DNA of 64,000 nucleotides from NCBI GenBank assembly GCA_963759805.1, contig CAVXAT010000001.1, positions 1 to 64,000 on the forward strand, given 5' to 3'. Under the pieces are notes generated by a model that was given only the letters and a program-made list of their open reading frames with translations, made no database searches and had not been told where the DNA came from. A program made the position numbers and the translations under genes. Source of the stretch: an uncultured bacterium (GTDB taxonomy: Bacteria > Babelota > Babeliae > Babelales > RVW-14). This document shows positions 19,255 to 30,766 of the stretch, in pieces. Each line of letters opens with the position of its first letter. The first letter of the stretch is position 1.

Positions 19255-19971
19255 ATGCAGTTTAATATCTTTAAAAGTACCGCTTGGCAATTAATTATGC
19301 AATCAGATTGGGTTTGCAGATTTATTCTTCTGGGCCTGTTTGCCCTCTCTGTTTTTTGTGTTGCAATAATAATTTATAAAGTAATAATCTTCAGGCTACA
19401 GATGCGGCAGTTGAATGCCTTGTTAGACCGTATTAAACGAGCGAGTAAATTTCAGGATATTGTTGCTGCAAGCAAGGATCATCAAGAGGGTGTCGGTGGA
19501 GCCTTTTTGCAATCAACACTTAGCGAACTAAAAATAATTTTAGAAAAGCATGCCAAAAATAATTTAGTAAGTCCTTCCAAATCAATTACCGCCGAGGAAA
19601 TCGAACTGCTTGAGTCTTCGATTCAGCAAGAGATATCTAACATACTGGAGGAAGAGGAGTCTTATTTTACTGTTTTATTCTCAAGCGCATCAGCTTCTCC
19701 ATTGATTGGTCTTTTTGGAACAATTTGGGGGCTCATTCACTCATTTATCGATATTGCACAGGAAAAAAGTGCCGATATTGCAACCGTTGCACCTGGTCTG
19801 GCAGAGGCTTTGATAACAACATTGGCGGGATTAATTGTGGCCATACCTGCCTTGATGGCCTATCACTACCTGACTCGCCAAACCCACAAGATCGAATTTG
19901 CACTGGTTGAGCTGGGTGATAGATTTGTAAGAGTTTTGAAACAGACATTTAATAATCAGGATGTGCAATGA
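19255..19971 (+). CDS. tolQ: TolQ/ExbB proton channel
   Basis: SPLIGLFGTIWG and VAPGLAEALITTLAGLIVAIPA motifs. Confidence 0.9.
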   Translation: MQFNIFKSTAWQLIMQSDWVCRFILLGLFALSVFCVAIIIYKVIIFRLQMRQLNALLDRIKRASKFQDIVAASKDHQEGVGGAFLQSTLSELKIILEKHAKNNLVSPSKSITAEEIELLESSIQQEISNILEEEESYFTVLFSSASASPLIGLFGTIWGLIHSFIDIAQEKSADIATVAPGLAEALITTLAGLIVAIPALMAYHYLTRQTHKIEFALVELGDRFVRVLKQTFNNQDVQ

Positions 19972-20372
19972 AATTAAGAAGGAGAGTGTTAAGAAAACTT
20001 CCTGTGCCTGAATTAGTTTTGACGCCACTTATTGATACATTTGCAACACTTCTTGTAATGTTTATGATAACAGCTCCAATCGTTCAGAATAGCATAAAGG
20101 TTGATCTTCCATTCGGGAAAAGTAAAGAGGTTAGTACCGCTCAAGAACATATAATTACTCTTTCAAAAGATGGAAAAATTTTTTTTAATAACTATCCGAC
20201 TAGCAAAAAGGATCTTGTGGCCGTTGTTCAAAAAGCTTTGGGATATAGGGGAGATTCTCCCGTTTTTGTGAAAGCTGACAGGTCAATTTCTTATGGCAAA
20301 GTGATTGAAGTTGTTGATCAACTTAAGCAGGCCGGCGTTAGATATGTTGCGATGTCAACCCAACCAATATGA
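19968..20372 (+). CDS. tolR: TolR/ExbD
   Basis: LTPLIDT...FMITAP and KADRSISYGKVIEV motifs. Confidence 0.9.
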   Translation: MKLRRRVLRKLPVPELVLTPLIDTFATLLVMFMITAPIVQNSIKVDLPFGKSKEVSTAQEHIITLSKDGKIFFNNYPTSKKDLVAVVQKALGYRGDSPVFVKADRSISYGKVIEVVDQLKQAGVRYVAMSTQPI

Positions 20373-20389
20373 TATAAATGATGTAAAAA

Positions 20390-21406
20390 ATGATCAATTT
20401 GCTGAAAAAGTATCTTTATATTTCGCTTGGCGTACATGTGTTTATTTTTATAGCGGGGCTGATTATCTCTAGTGGGAACAGCATAAAACAGCCGTTTGTC
20501 GTTTTTGGGGCACATTCAAAAAAAGAGTATCATACTCTTTATAAAGCAAGAAATTCTATAATCCCATTTATGGGGCACGGTTCTGCCGGGTCAGGAACGG
20601 GTAAATCTGGTAATGGCAGTGGTAAAAGTGGGTCTGGAAAGAAAAGATCAGGCAAGTCTGCCCATTCGAATTCAAGTAAAAACAAAAAGTCAAAAATTTC
20701 AGAACAGTTAGAAGTTAAAAGTTCCAAGCAGGGCAAACTTGCTGGGAAAAAACCTAAAGCTTCTTCCAAAAAGCAACAGCTTACTGAACCATTGGAAAAA
20801 AGTAAAAAGCAGAAGCGCAAAGAGCTTGAAGAAGAAAAAAAGATTGAAGAGGAGTTGAAAAAAATTGAACTTGAGGCGCAAAAGGAGATGGATCAAGAAA
20901 TCGAAGCGGAAAAAAAACGTGAAGCTGAAAAACGCGAAGCTGAAAAACAAAAAGAGTTAGAAAAAGAGATCGAGAAAAAAGAACAGGAGGCTGCGCAGGT
21001 CAAAGCAGCAAAGCAAGAGCCTGAGGTAACTGAAGATACGAACGATGATCAAGATGACCAGCCCGACCAGGATGATCAAGGTGGCGAAGTAGTGGAAGAA
21101 CAGAATGGTGGGGCTCAAGAAGAGTTCGTGTTTACGCTTGGGAACATGGATGGATCGCAAGCGGCATATAGCAGACATATTCAGTCTGAAACTGGGCGAT
21201 TGTGGAAACCACCATTGGGAGTTCCAAAGGGAACATCCTGTAAAGTGAAGTTTATTATTGGTAAAGATGGCAAGGTGGAAGATTTTCAGACGATACAAAA
21301 ATCTGACGTAATAATTTACGATTTAAGTATACTGCGAGTCGCTCATCTATTTAAATTTGACAGGTGCTTATGGGGCAAGAGCTTTGTGATTGATTTTCGC
21401 CAATAA
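20390..21406 (+). CDS. tolA: TolA-like energy transducer
   Basis: N-terminal TM with SxxxH, charged linker, TonB/TolA C-terminal domain and operon position. Confidence 0.75.
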   Translation: MINLLKKYLYISLGVHVFIFIAGLIISSGNSIKQPFVVFGAHSKKEYHTLYKARNSIIPFMGHGSAGSGTGKSGNGSGKSGSGKKRSGKSAHSNSSKNKKSKISEQLEVKSSKQGKLAGKKPKASSKKQQLTEPLEKSKKQKRKELEEEKKIEEELKKIELEAQKEMDQEIEAEKKREAEKREAEKQKELEKEIEKKEQEAAQVKAAKQEPEVTEDTNDDQDDQPDQDDQGGEVVEEQNGGAQEEFVFTLGNMDGSQAAYSRHIQSETGRLWKPPLGVPKGTSCKVKFIIGKDGKVEDFQTIQKSDVIIYDLSILRVAHLFKFDRCLWGKSFVIDFRQ

Positions 21407-21438
21407 TCAAAAAAATTTATACTCGACGAAAGGCTTAT

Positions 21439-22800
21439 ATGCGCAATTTTTGTAAAAAAACGTTATTTTTTCTATTAATTTTAAGTTTCATACAAAATAT
21501 TTTTGGTATTGACGCTCAACTAGCTTCAACAACAACTACTACAGATGAGATCTCTGTTCAAGTTAGTGCCAATTCGTCAGGGCATTCAAAAATTAAAACA
21601 TTAATGCTTTGTATTGGAAAGGACGAGTCTCTACTAACCCTTGCCAAGATAGTCAAATTTGATCTTGAATTTACAGATCAGCTTGATGTTGAATTGAAAA
21701 AGACAGATGCCGAACCTGAAAAAAATGTCTTGGCTAAGCTTTTTAAAGATGGTATTTCACTTTTTGTATGCTTGAAAAATACCGATGCTCTAAATAAATC
21801 CAGAATCGAGGTTGTCTTAAAAGAGCCAAGCTCAGATACTGTTTTATTTAACAAAGCATTTGCGTACTCGCATGAAAATATAGTGCTTGATGCGCATACA
21901 ATTTCTGACAAACTTCTGCCTGCACTAACAGGGCAAAAAGGGCCAATGTTGAGTACGTTGGCGTACTGCAAGCAGATATCACGTTCATGCAAGGCAATTT
22001 GCATTGCGGATTATGCCTGTAAACAGGAGAGGGTTTTATACTCATCTAAAATGATGAACGTTGCCCCTCGTTGGCATACACAAGCTCCAATGATATTTTT
22101 CTCGCAGTTAACAAAAGAGAACAGTAGATTGATGTCTATGGATCTGAATTCAAAGAAAACAAAAGTTGTTTGCTCATATGAGGGTTTGAATATGCAGCCA
22201 TCGTTTTCTGAAGATGGCTCTAAATCTGTACTGTGCCTCTCCGGTCGTAAGAATTCAGAACTTTATCTTTATGATCAGGTTTTGTGCAACAAATATAAAA
22301 AGAAAGTTTTTGTGCAGCTTACCAAAAACGATGGAAATAATGCTTCACCATGCCTTCTTCCCAATGGGGATGTGGTTTTTTGCTCTGATTATGAAACCGG
22401 CGAGCCTCAAATTTATTATCTAAATTCGAAAATCAAACAGGTTAAGCGTCTTACAAACGGTAAGGGATACTGTGCAGCTCCATCGTACTGCAAAGCCAAT
22501 AACTCCATTGTTTATTGTCGATCAAAAAACGGACTGTTTCAACTTTACACAATAAATCTGAGTAATAAATTTTTTGCGGAAAGGGCTCTTACAACCGATC
22601 AATATAGTAAGCAAGAGCCTGTCTGGTCTGAATGCGGAAATTACATTGCATTTTCAACCTACTGTTTCAATCCTACGACTGGTAAAAATGTTTCCCAGAT
22701 TGCCGTTTTAAATGTTAGAAGCGGGAAAATAAGAGTGCTTACAAGCGATGATAAATTTAAGAATTTTCCGTGCTGGACGAATAAAACTTATTACTGCTGA
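21439..22800 (+). CDS. tolB: TolB-like beta-propeller protein
   Basis: Signal peptide, PD40-like repeats (PSFSEDG, EPVWS) and position after tolQRA. Confidence 0.85.
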   Translation: MRNFCKKTLFFLLILSFIQNIFGIDAQLASTTTTTDEISVQVSANSSGHSKIKTLMLCIGKDESLLTLAKIVKFDLEFTDQLDVELKKTDAEPEKNVLAKLFKDGISLFVCLKNTDALNKSRIEVVLKEPSSDTVLFNKAFAYSHENIVLDAHTISDKLLPALTGQKGPMLSTLAYCKQISRSCKAICIADYACKQERVLYSSKMMNVAPRWHTQAPMIFFSQLTKENSRLMSMDLNSKKTKVVCSYEGLNMQPSFSEDGSKSVLCLSGRKNSELYLYDQVLCNKYKKKVFVQLTKNDGNNASPCLLPNGDVVFCSDYETGEPQIYYLNSKIKQVKRLTNGKGYCAAPSYCKANNSIVYCRSKNGLFQLYTINLSNKFFAERALTTDQYSKQEPVWSECGNYIAFSTYCFNPTTGKNVSQIAVLNVRSGKIRVLTSDDKFKNFPCWTNKTYYC

Positions 22801-22806
22801 TTTTTT

Positions 22807-22870
22807 TGTCATCCTGAATTTATTTCAGGCCTGCCCGCCATAGCTTTAGCGACGGCTGGGATCCATGGAT
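22807..22870. repeat. Family C palindrome with a family A hairpin inserted
   Basis: gtcatcctgaatttatttcagg [cctgcccgccatagctttagcgacggctggg] atccatggatt. Confidence 0.8.
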
Positions 22871-23780
22871 TAGTAAGCTTCCCTGATTATATTCCTATAT
22901 TTTTCGCAACTGGCAACAGAGTGTGTGATGTCACCTATTCTTGCCCCTTCAAATTTGATTTCCGGAGCTATCTTGCCTACCTCTTTTTCAAGTATTTTAA
23001 TAAGATCCATTATGCTGACGCTCTTGCCTGAGGCAATGTTGAATACCTCGCCGCTCAAATTTTGAAGCATGCCAATTCTTAGGTTTGCATCTACAACTTC
23101 GCTAACCGGTACAAAATCACGTGTTTGGCTGCCATCCCCAAAAACGGTTAAAGGTAGGTTGTTTTCAAGATTGTACTTGAATTTTGCAATAACCGCGGCA
23201 TAATCGCCGTTAAAATTTTGGCGCTCGCCGTAGACATTAAAATACCGTAAACAGGCGGTTTTAATCGCAAAATCTTGTGAATATTTTTGGCATAAATTTT
23301 CAGCTATCAATTTACTCTGTGCGTATGGTGAAGAGGGGAGATGGGGAATCGTTTTCGAATGCAGGGGCCCTTTTTATTTCCATAAATGGCACATGAGGAA
23401 GAGAATATAAATGTGCCAACACGATTTTTAACGCAACCGCTAAGTAAATTTTTCGTTCCCTGGGTATTAATTTTTTCGCATAATTCAGGATATTTGATTG
23501 ATTGCGGAACCGAAACTAGTGCGGCAAGATGAAAGACCATATCCTGGTTTTGTGTTGCCTTAAGTCCCACATGATCAAAGCTTACGTCAGAATAAATTAT
23601 CGTTATGCGGGGCATTACATTTTTAAGATTGTGAATTTTACCTGATGAAAAATTATCAAGGACAGTGACACGTGCTCCAAGGTCAACAAGTTTTTCAACC
23701 AAATGAGAACCTATAAAGCCAGCGCCACCTGTCACTAGGATTCGTTTACCTTCATAAAATTTTTTTAACTGTTTTATCAC
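22870..23780 (-). pseudogene. NAD-dependent epimerase/dehydratase split by frameshift(s), possibly a sequencing error
   Basis: TGGAGFIGSH lies in ORF 23307-23780. The catalytic YAQSK and LRYFNVYG lie in the frame of 22870-23310. Confidence 0.8.
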
Positions 23781-23811
23781 GACTACTCCCTTTTTTGTTT
23801 CGCCTTTTGTC

Positions 23812-25181
23812 CTAAAAAATTTGGTTTTCCATCCGTTTTTTTATTGAATGTGAATTGTAAATTGGGACTTGAATATCTTGCAGAATTAGCTCCGCCGTAT
23901 TTTGTCCATCAAGAAAAGCCTCTTGCATACTTGAATAATTCCATCCTCCAAATCGTCCTACCGAATAAATCGATGATTGTATCAGTGATTCCAAAATTTT
24001 ATTTAAATTTTTCTCTCTCCAATAATCGTATATTACATAAGCAAATTTCATATGCAAATTTTTTTGTGTAACAATACTGTTTTTGGTTAGTCCCGAAAAT
24101 TCCCCCAAAAAATTAAGTGAATTCATTGATCGATATGTCTGCGATTTTACCGATCTGCTTCTGCGTTTTGCTTCCCTGCAAGCAAGATGTTTCACCATAA
24201 ATTCCTGTGTGCCCTGGTTTAACACAAGATTTTGAAATATTGTTCCAAAATCCCATTCTGTAAAATGGAAATTTATTTTCCGGAAAGTATAACCAATGCC
24301 ATAGGCCCAATATCTGGAGAATTAAACCCCAGATTAAAATTGATAACTGAGCTACACAAAAGTTTATCTGAAAGATGCTTATATGCGCAGGTGTTTTCTA
24401 GCAGGGTTTTTAAAGGCATTGTTGTGATTAATTTCTTATATTTTTCAACATGTCCATTTTCAAATGTTATCGTTTTATTTTTTAGATCAATAAAAACAGC
24501 CTTGTGATTTATCTTGATTTTTTTACTGAGCTTTGACGCAATCTGTTTTATCAAAAATTCAATGCCTCCTGTTTTGGGGTAGTAAAATGAATTGTTGTAG
24601 CCAATATCTTGCTCTTTAGCCTTCTCCAATGCTCCGTGTAACATAAGTTTTAAATTGGTTTGTGGCACAAAGCGACCAGTCCATGACGGTAAAATTTTTT
24701 TAACATCGTAATTTAATAATTTACCATTGTATGGAAAGAAAAAATGTTTTCCAAGCCCTGCTCCAAAATATTTGAGAACCCATTGATGAAAATTTGCGGG
24801 ATTTCTGATGCTGGTTTTGCGTTCAATAAATCCATTAATGCAATCGTAAATGATATCAGTTGGTAGGCCATATAAATTCATCTGAAACGGGTATAAAACA
24901 AATGAATTGTCATAAAAAATGGCACTCTGACGTTTACTAATAATTGAGTTTTGTTCCAGATCAAGAACAGTATCCAAAAATGTTTTGAATTTGGGATTAC
25001 TGATATGCAACAAATGACCCGTATAATCAAAATTAAAACCGTCAATCGATTCGGTTTTTAAAAGTCCACCGGGTCTGGAATCTTGTTCAAATATTTCATA
25101 GTCAAAATAATTATTTGCTTCAAGAGTGTATGCTGCACTCAATCCGGTTAATCCTGCTCCTATTATCACTATCTCTGCCAC
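23812..25181 (-). pseudogene. FAD-dependent oxidoreductase (protoporphyrinogen oxidase/UDP-galactopyranose mutase-like), frameshifted over several frames
   Basis: IIGAGLTG, GGLLKT and FDYTGH, then HWLYFPE..PFYR in 24113-24310, then GRFGGWNYSSM in 23812-24225. Confidence 0.8.
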
Positions 25182-25299
25182 TTAATTCCCTATCTATTCT
25201 CACAATTACTCCTATAGAACTTTATTTTTATAATACCAATATGAGAATAGAAAGCAATATATTAAGACGTGACAGCAATCAGCTAAATTTATTGAATAG

Positions 25300-25839
25300 C
25301 TATTCCAACTGAGACAGATTAATTGACCTTTTATTTGGGAGTGTAAATTTTCCGGATTTAAGAGACGCTTCTTCTCGTTTTGAAAAACTTAAAACAAGAT
25401 AATAGTTATTTATCGAAACAACTTTTTGATCCACATTGAATGTTAATTCTTGTTTGGTCGCGTTCCAGGTTCCATCGCAAACAAGGTTTTTCTGTATCGG
25501 AATTAACGTGGGCTCTTTCTCTCTTTTCTGATAAAGTGATGCTTCAAGTTCTTTGATTTTCCTCCCATACCATTTTAGGTTAAGAGTTTTGAGCTTTAAT
25601 GGAATTTTACTTTTCATGGTTATTAAACCAATCCAAGCCCATTTTTTTTGTTTAAATTCGGGTAAATCGCTGTTTAAAACAAATTCTTTCCATGTGCTTG
25701 TTGTGCAAAGTTGAAACAGAGGGCCAAGGTTGGTAAGATTATCATAAATTGAAGATGTTGTAGCATTTGGTGACAATTGGGCATAGATAATAATTAAGCC
25801 AAGCAACAGTAGGATATTTAAAAGTTTAAGCTCAAACAT
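25300..25839 (-). CDS. Hypothetical exported protein
   Basis: 179-aa ORF with a hydrophobic N-terminus and an upstream aggagg SD. Confidence 0.65.
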   Translation of the reverse strand: MFELKLLNILLLLGLIIIYAQLSPNATTSSIYDNLTNLGPLFQLCTTSTWKEFVLNSDLPEFKQKKWAWIGLITMKSKIPLKLKTLNLKWYGRKIKELEASLYQKREKEPTLIPIQKNLVCDGTWNATKQELTFNVDQKVVSINNYYLVLSFSKREEASLKSGKFTLPNKRSINLSQLE

Positions 25840-25966
25840 CGCACGCCTTTCCTCCTTTTAACTTTTTATTTCATTCTTTTTATTATTCTAATGCATTTAT
25901 TATGAAAAAATAAAGGATTCTTTTACGGCGACGATTTATACTTTATTAAAAGCCAAATTCACTTAG

Positions 25967-26764
25967 TTATTGAGATGCGGTACAACGTTCAATTCTAACA
26001 GATCTTCCATTAATGGGGTGTATTTTTGTTCCTGTGCTTTCAATTAATTTTAATTTTTTTAGTTGGGCATCTGAAAATTCAATCGGATTGGTCAAAATAA
26101 TCCACTTGACGCCTGGATCGAGAGTGCCGGATGTCTTGGCTCCAGGATATCTGTAAACGCACGAATGACTTAATGGTAACAATTTTGTTACATCAATTGC
26201 TTCTGTTAACTCAGTCTCCTCCCCCTCACCTTCTTGCTGAGGAAATGTTAATTTAGGAAACATATTTAATATTTCCTCATACTCTTTATTTAATTTTTCA
26301 TTATTTAATTTCCTGCCAATTAATTTATTATTGTGTGTTATAAAAGCACCAACTACGGCGACTTTTCCGGAATCACTTTTGTGAACGAAGTGAACCTCTC
26401 CCGCCTGGCGTTCTCCATTGAGCGTGTGTTCGGATGGAGCATGAAAATGAAAATTTATTAAATGATATATTTCGCCATCAACTTGAATATCGTTACTGTT
26501 TATGTATCCATTGTTTTTGATAGAGATCTGAACCATATACTCTTTGTTTAATCCCTGTTCTGGTAAACTTTCATATATTACTTTGATTATTCCCTCTTCA
26601 AAGGGTTTTGTGTACATAAATTTAACAGTTGCTGGAAATTTAAGGTCTATCGGTGATTTTAATTCAGTGTTAGATACGGATTTTTTATATACAGTTAAGA
26701 TGATTAACGAAAAGCCAAAAATTATTACAACTGCTATTTTCGCTAAATTTCTATTTAATTTCAT
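25967..26764 (-). CDS. Alpha-class carbonic anhydrase-like protein, membrane-anchored
   Basis: FHFHAPSEH and EVHFVH zinc ligands, YRYPG and VKWII. Confidence 0.85.
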   Translation of the reverse strand: MKLNRNLAKIAVVIIFGFSLIILTVYKKSVSNTELKSPIDLKFPATVKFMYTKPFEEGIIKVIYESLPEQGLNKEYMVQISIKNNGYINSNDIQVDGEIYHLINFHFHAPSEHTLNGERQAGEVHFVHKSDSGKVAVVGAFITHNNKLIGRKLNNEKLNKEYEEILNMFPKLTFPQQEGEGEETELTEAIDVTKLLPLSHSCVYRYPGAKTSGTLDPGVKWIILTNPIEFSDAQLKKLKLIESTGTKIHPINGRSVRIERCTASQ

Positions 26765-26790
26765 TTCTACTCCTTTTAAAAAAACGTTTT

Positions 26791-28047
26791 TTAAAAAACC
26801 ATTCTATTTATGCTTACTGTAATAACTCTACCTGTAGTATAAATATCCTTTTCAAAATGTTTTGGTAATGGGGGGAATGGTGCAGTGTTTTTAAGATTTT
26901 TGATTATTGCAGAATCAACTTCTTTGCACCCTGATGATTCGAGTATTTCTGAATTTACCAGATTTCCCTTGGCATCAATTGAAAATCCAATTACTGCTTG
27001 ATAATCCCGTGCAGCAACAGGAAGATTGTAAAAGTTGCTGTTTTGCTTCCATGTTGCCTGACAGCACCAGTTTAATTTTGCCTCGTAAGATATGTATTTC
27101 ATCTCTTCAAAGCTTGGTGTTTTGTTTGGATCTCCATCCCTATCAATTAAATCTGTTCCATTTTCACCTTTGATTTTTTCAATATAACCCTTTGTCAGGG
27201 CAATTATATTTGGGGATTGTTTTGATTTTAGGCTTGATGCACCCCAGGCAAAGGCAGTGCTTTTTTCTTGCTCATTCGTGGCAGATGCCATTTTTTTATC
27301 TTTTTTTAAAATACTACTTAAAAGTCCTTCTCGCTCTTGTTCTTTGGTCTTTGGATGTTTTTGATATTCGGTGACTGATTCTTGCATCTGTCGAATTTTT
27401 TTAATACGATCTTCTACCGGACTAGTTTGATCTACTATTTTTTTCATTTCATCAACAATCGCTGTATCTGCAAGTCTTTTGAGCTCTTTGGCAGAGGGTT
27501 GCGCAACCTTGGTTGCAGTTGCTAACGGTTTGGGTTTTATCTCTTGTTTTATTTTAGCAGGCGCCTGTTTTGTTTGTGTTGCGTTGTTACGTTCAATTTT
27601 AGGCGCAATATTTTGTGGTTTAGTTTCTGTGGCATTTGATGTTTTAACTTTCATTACATCGCCAGTTTTGTTTGTTGGAATTTCAAGTTTCTTTGGCTTT
27701 ACATAATTATCATCAAAAAGCACCCACCCAAAATTGGATTTAGGTGCAACAAGTTTTGCCGGACGACTGTTCCCAGGTTTTATAAATTTAATGGGTTCTT
27801 TCTTTGTATGTGCAGCTTGCAAGATTTTCTGCAAGGCTTCATTCTTACGTTCTCGTTTTTGTTCAATTATACGCTTATCTTCAGGCGAAAGATTTGTTAT
27901 GGAATTAGATAGCGCTTTAATAAATGATGTAAAACGTTTTTTAAATCCAAATTCTAAAAAAAAGAATGATATTACCAAGTGCAGCAGCAATGAAATCAGA
28001 AGCAGCAGAAGCAGTATTTTAGTTTTTTTATATCTCTGTGGGGCCAT
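26791..28047 (-). CDS. TonB/TolA C-terminal domain protein
   Basis: TM with SLLLH and C-terminal FSIDAKG...ESSG..EVD....APFPPLP. Confidence 0.75.
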   Translation of the reverse strand: MAPQRYKKTKILLLLLLISLLLHLVISFFFLEFGFKKRFTSFIKALSNSITNLSPEDKRIIEQKRERKNEALQKILQAAHTKKEPIKFIKPGNSRPAKLVAPKSNFGWVLFDDNYVKPKKLEIPTNKTGDVMKVKTSNATETKPQNIAPKIERNNATQTKQAPAKIKQEIKPKPLATATKVAQPSAKELKRLADTAIVDEMKKIVDQTSPVEDRIKKIRQMQESVTEYQKHPKTKEQEREGLLSSILKKDKKMASATNEQEKSTAFAWGASSLKSKQSPNIIALTKGYIEKIKGENGTDLIDRDGDPNKTPSFEEMKYISYEAKLNWCCQATWKQNSNFYNLPVAARDYQAVIGFSIDAKGNLVNSEILESSGCKEVDSAIIKNLKNTAPFPPLPKHFEKDIYTTGRVITVSINRMVF

Positions 28048-28334
28048 TACAACTCTTTTAATCTAATTTTTTTAAGCTAAATTTCAAAACGGGTAGAGTA
28101 ACGATAATCTTAAATCTCTGCTTTATTATGCCAAAGTAGTTTATATTAAGTAAATCAAAAATTAAGTTTATGCTAAACCATTTTTGAAAAGTGGATTAGC
28201 ACAAGGACTGAAACTACGTGCCGCCATCACGGCAATTCATGTGAAGGCTCAAATGGGTCATATTTTTAAGAATATTTGACTCATTTAACCCAATATGTTA
28301 ATTTGGATCATAAGACTTTATTGAAAGGGTTAAT

Positions 28335-29693
28335 ATGAGATATCCGGATAATGAGTCAGCAATTCTTGAATTTAAGCAAGAAATTCCCAAAAACGAGCAA
28401 ATAATTAAAACCGTTATTGCTTTTTGTAACCATCACGGAGGAAAACTTGTGATTGGTGTTAGCAATGATGGAACAGTTGTTGGGGTTGATCAATCAAGGA
28501 TTCAAAAAACAATGGAATACCTTGATAAATCAATTTTTGAGGCGACAGCTCCCCCAATCATTCCAAGCATCTACTCCCAACGACTTGGCGAAAAATTATT
28601 ACTAATTATTGAAGTTTCTGCTGGAATGAACAAACCTTATTATCTCAAATCTGAGGGGCTTGATAAAGGTACATACATACGACTTGGACGTACTTCCATG
28701 CGTGCAAATGCTGACATGATTGAAGAACTCAAATGGCAATCCCGTGGTAAATCTTTTGATACGCTTCCAGTTTATCATTCAACTTTGGATGATCTTGACA
28801 TTGCACAAGTTGAATCTTTTATTAAAGAAAAACTTGGAATACAAAAAATATCACTTTCCAATGATATCTTAAAATCATATAACATCATTGTCGAAGAACA
28901 TACTCATTTATATCCAACCGTTGCAGGGGTCTTATTATTCGGAAAAAGGCCGCAGGCATTTTTCCCTGAAGCGTTTATTATATGCTCCCAATTCAGCGGA
29001 GTGTCAGGACGCAATGCAGTAGCAAGTAAGGACAACACAGGAACGCTTATCAATCAGTATCAACAAGTATATATGTTTATAATGGATCATTTAACACGAT
29101 CTTTTGTTATTAAAGGTTCAAGAAGGCAAGAACTGTGCGAAGTACCAGAAGAGGCAATTCGAGAAATTCTGATGAATGCAATTGCTCATAGAAACTACAA
29201 TCTTAAAGCACCAACCAAGGTTGCAATCTATGAAAATCGTATAGAAATATTTACTCCAGGAAGTTTCCCCGGACCGCTCAATGTTGCAAACTTAATGCAA
29301 GGCATTACATACATTCGTAACATTGCCATTTGTAAAATACTGCGAGAAATGGGATACATTGAAAAAATGGGAACGGGATTTATCACTCTTTTTCAAAGTT
29401 ATGAAAAACGTGGATTGAGAAAACCGGAGGTTATAGAAGGTGAGAATTACATAAAATGCATTTTACCACGGCCAACACCAAACGAATTACGGCTGCCATT
29501 TCAAGATGAACACGATGACACATCCAGAATCATGAATCTTTTTCAAACAACAACAGAAATCTCGGTTTCTGATATCATAGAAAATTTAAAAATACCACGT
29601 TCTACCGCTGTTAGAAGACTTGGTGCGTTACAAAAGTACGGTGTTATAAAAAGAATCGGAACAGGAAAAGGCTCTCGTTATATAAAAAAATAA
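28335..29693 (+). CDS. Schlafen/AlbA_2 domain protein with HATPase-like (RecG-C-like) and HTH domains
   Basis: ESAILEFK, AFCNHHGG.LVIGV, REILMNAIAHRNY, IEKMGTG and a C-terminal wHTH (GKGSRY). Confidence 0.85.
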   Translation: MRYPDNESAILEFKQEIPKNEQIIKTVIAFCNHHGGKLVIGVSNDGTVVGVDQSRIQKTMEYLDKSIFEATAPPIIPSIYSQRLGEKLLLIIEVSAGMNKPYYLKSEGLDKGTYIRLGRTSMRANADMIEELKWQSRGKSFDTLPVYHSTLDDLDIAQVESFIKEKLGIQKISLSNDILKSYNIIVEEHTHLYPTVAGVLLFGKRPQAFFPEAFIICSQFSGVSGRNAVASKDNTGTLINQYQQVYMFIMDHLTRSFVIKGSRRQELCEVPEEAIREILMNAIAHRNYNLKAPTKVAIYENRIEIFTPGSFPGPLNVANLMQGITYIRNIAICKILREMGYIEKMGTGFITLFQSYEKRGLRKPEVIEGENYIKCILPRPTPNELRLPFQDEHDDTSRIMNLFQTTTEISVSDIIENLKIPRSTAVRRLGALQKYGVIKRIGTGKGSRYIKK

Positions 29694-29697
29694 AAAA

Positions 29698-30716
29698 TCA
29701 TTTTGTAATAATTTCAAGCCCAAACAAACTTGCTTTTTTGCATATTTTCCAATTTTGACCAACGGTGTGAGTTCCGCCGCGAGGTGAATTTAAGAATCTG
29801 ATGATCTCGTCGAGATAATTTGTGCTTAGATTAAATGCTAATTTTTCTTGAATTAACCAGTGCAAGACAACTCGTCTTGCAAGAACTGGATGTAAGAGTC
29901 TGAATTTTTTTAGATCACCTAGCCAGTGTTTTGAATTTTCAAGGCTTTGAAAGCTTGTTCAAAAATATCATTAAACGCTTGTGTCGTAAGCATTTTTAAA
30001 AATTCGTCTTCAAGATTTAACTGTTCAAGCGTACTTTGAAATTTGCTGTTAAACCGATCATCGCACTGTGCAAGCGCGGGAATAACATTGGACCTAATTC
30101 GATTTCGTAGGTAATTTTGTGAGACGTTTGTCGGATCAATTAAATATTTAATTTGATTTGTATCTAGATACTCAATAATATCTTTTTTATCTGTTCCAAG
30201 CAGTGGCCTGATGTAATTGCCATCAATCTCTTGCATGCAGCACAGGCCGCTTAGACTTGTCCCACGCAATAACCTAAGAAAAAATGTTTCTTGCTGATCC
30301 TGTAAATGATGTGCCAGTGCAATAAAATCTGCGTTTTTTTCTTTTAATATTTGTGCAAACAAAGCTCTGCGCATCTTTCGGCCAAGCTCTTCTTTTGATC
30401 CATTAAATTTAATTTCTAAATTAAGCTCGTCAGCTTTGCGTGCAATAAATTCTATATTCAAATTTTGGCATAACTGTGCACAAAATTCTACATCTCGCCA
30501 AGATTCGGCGCGCCACTGGTGATCAAGATGTGTTGCGATAATTTTGATTTGGGGATTTTGTTTTTGCAAATTATTTAGGATGTGTAAGAGAAAGACTGAG
30601 TCTGGGCCACCCGAAAGGCCCAAAATAATTGTGATATTTTCAGGAAAGAGTCTTTGTTTACAGGTTGTATAAATTAAAGTATAAGTTTTTTGCATGCAAG
30701 ATCTCAAAAATTTCAT
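29698..30716 (-). CDS. tilS: tRNA(Ile)-lysidine synthetase, frameshifted near 29950
   Basis: SGGPDS, AHHLQDQQET, IRPLL and RNRIR motifs. The C-terminal part HWLGDLKKF...GGTH continues in another frame to TGA at 29698. Confidence 0.9.
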
Positions 30717-30766
30717 GATGTTAGAGCTCGTGCATAAATAAACTTGGTATTTTAATAGAGGATTTA

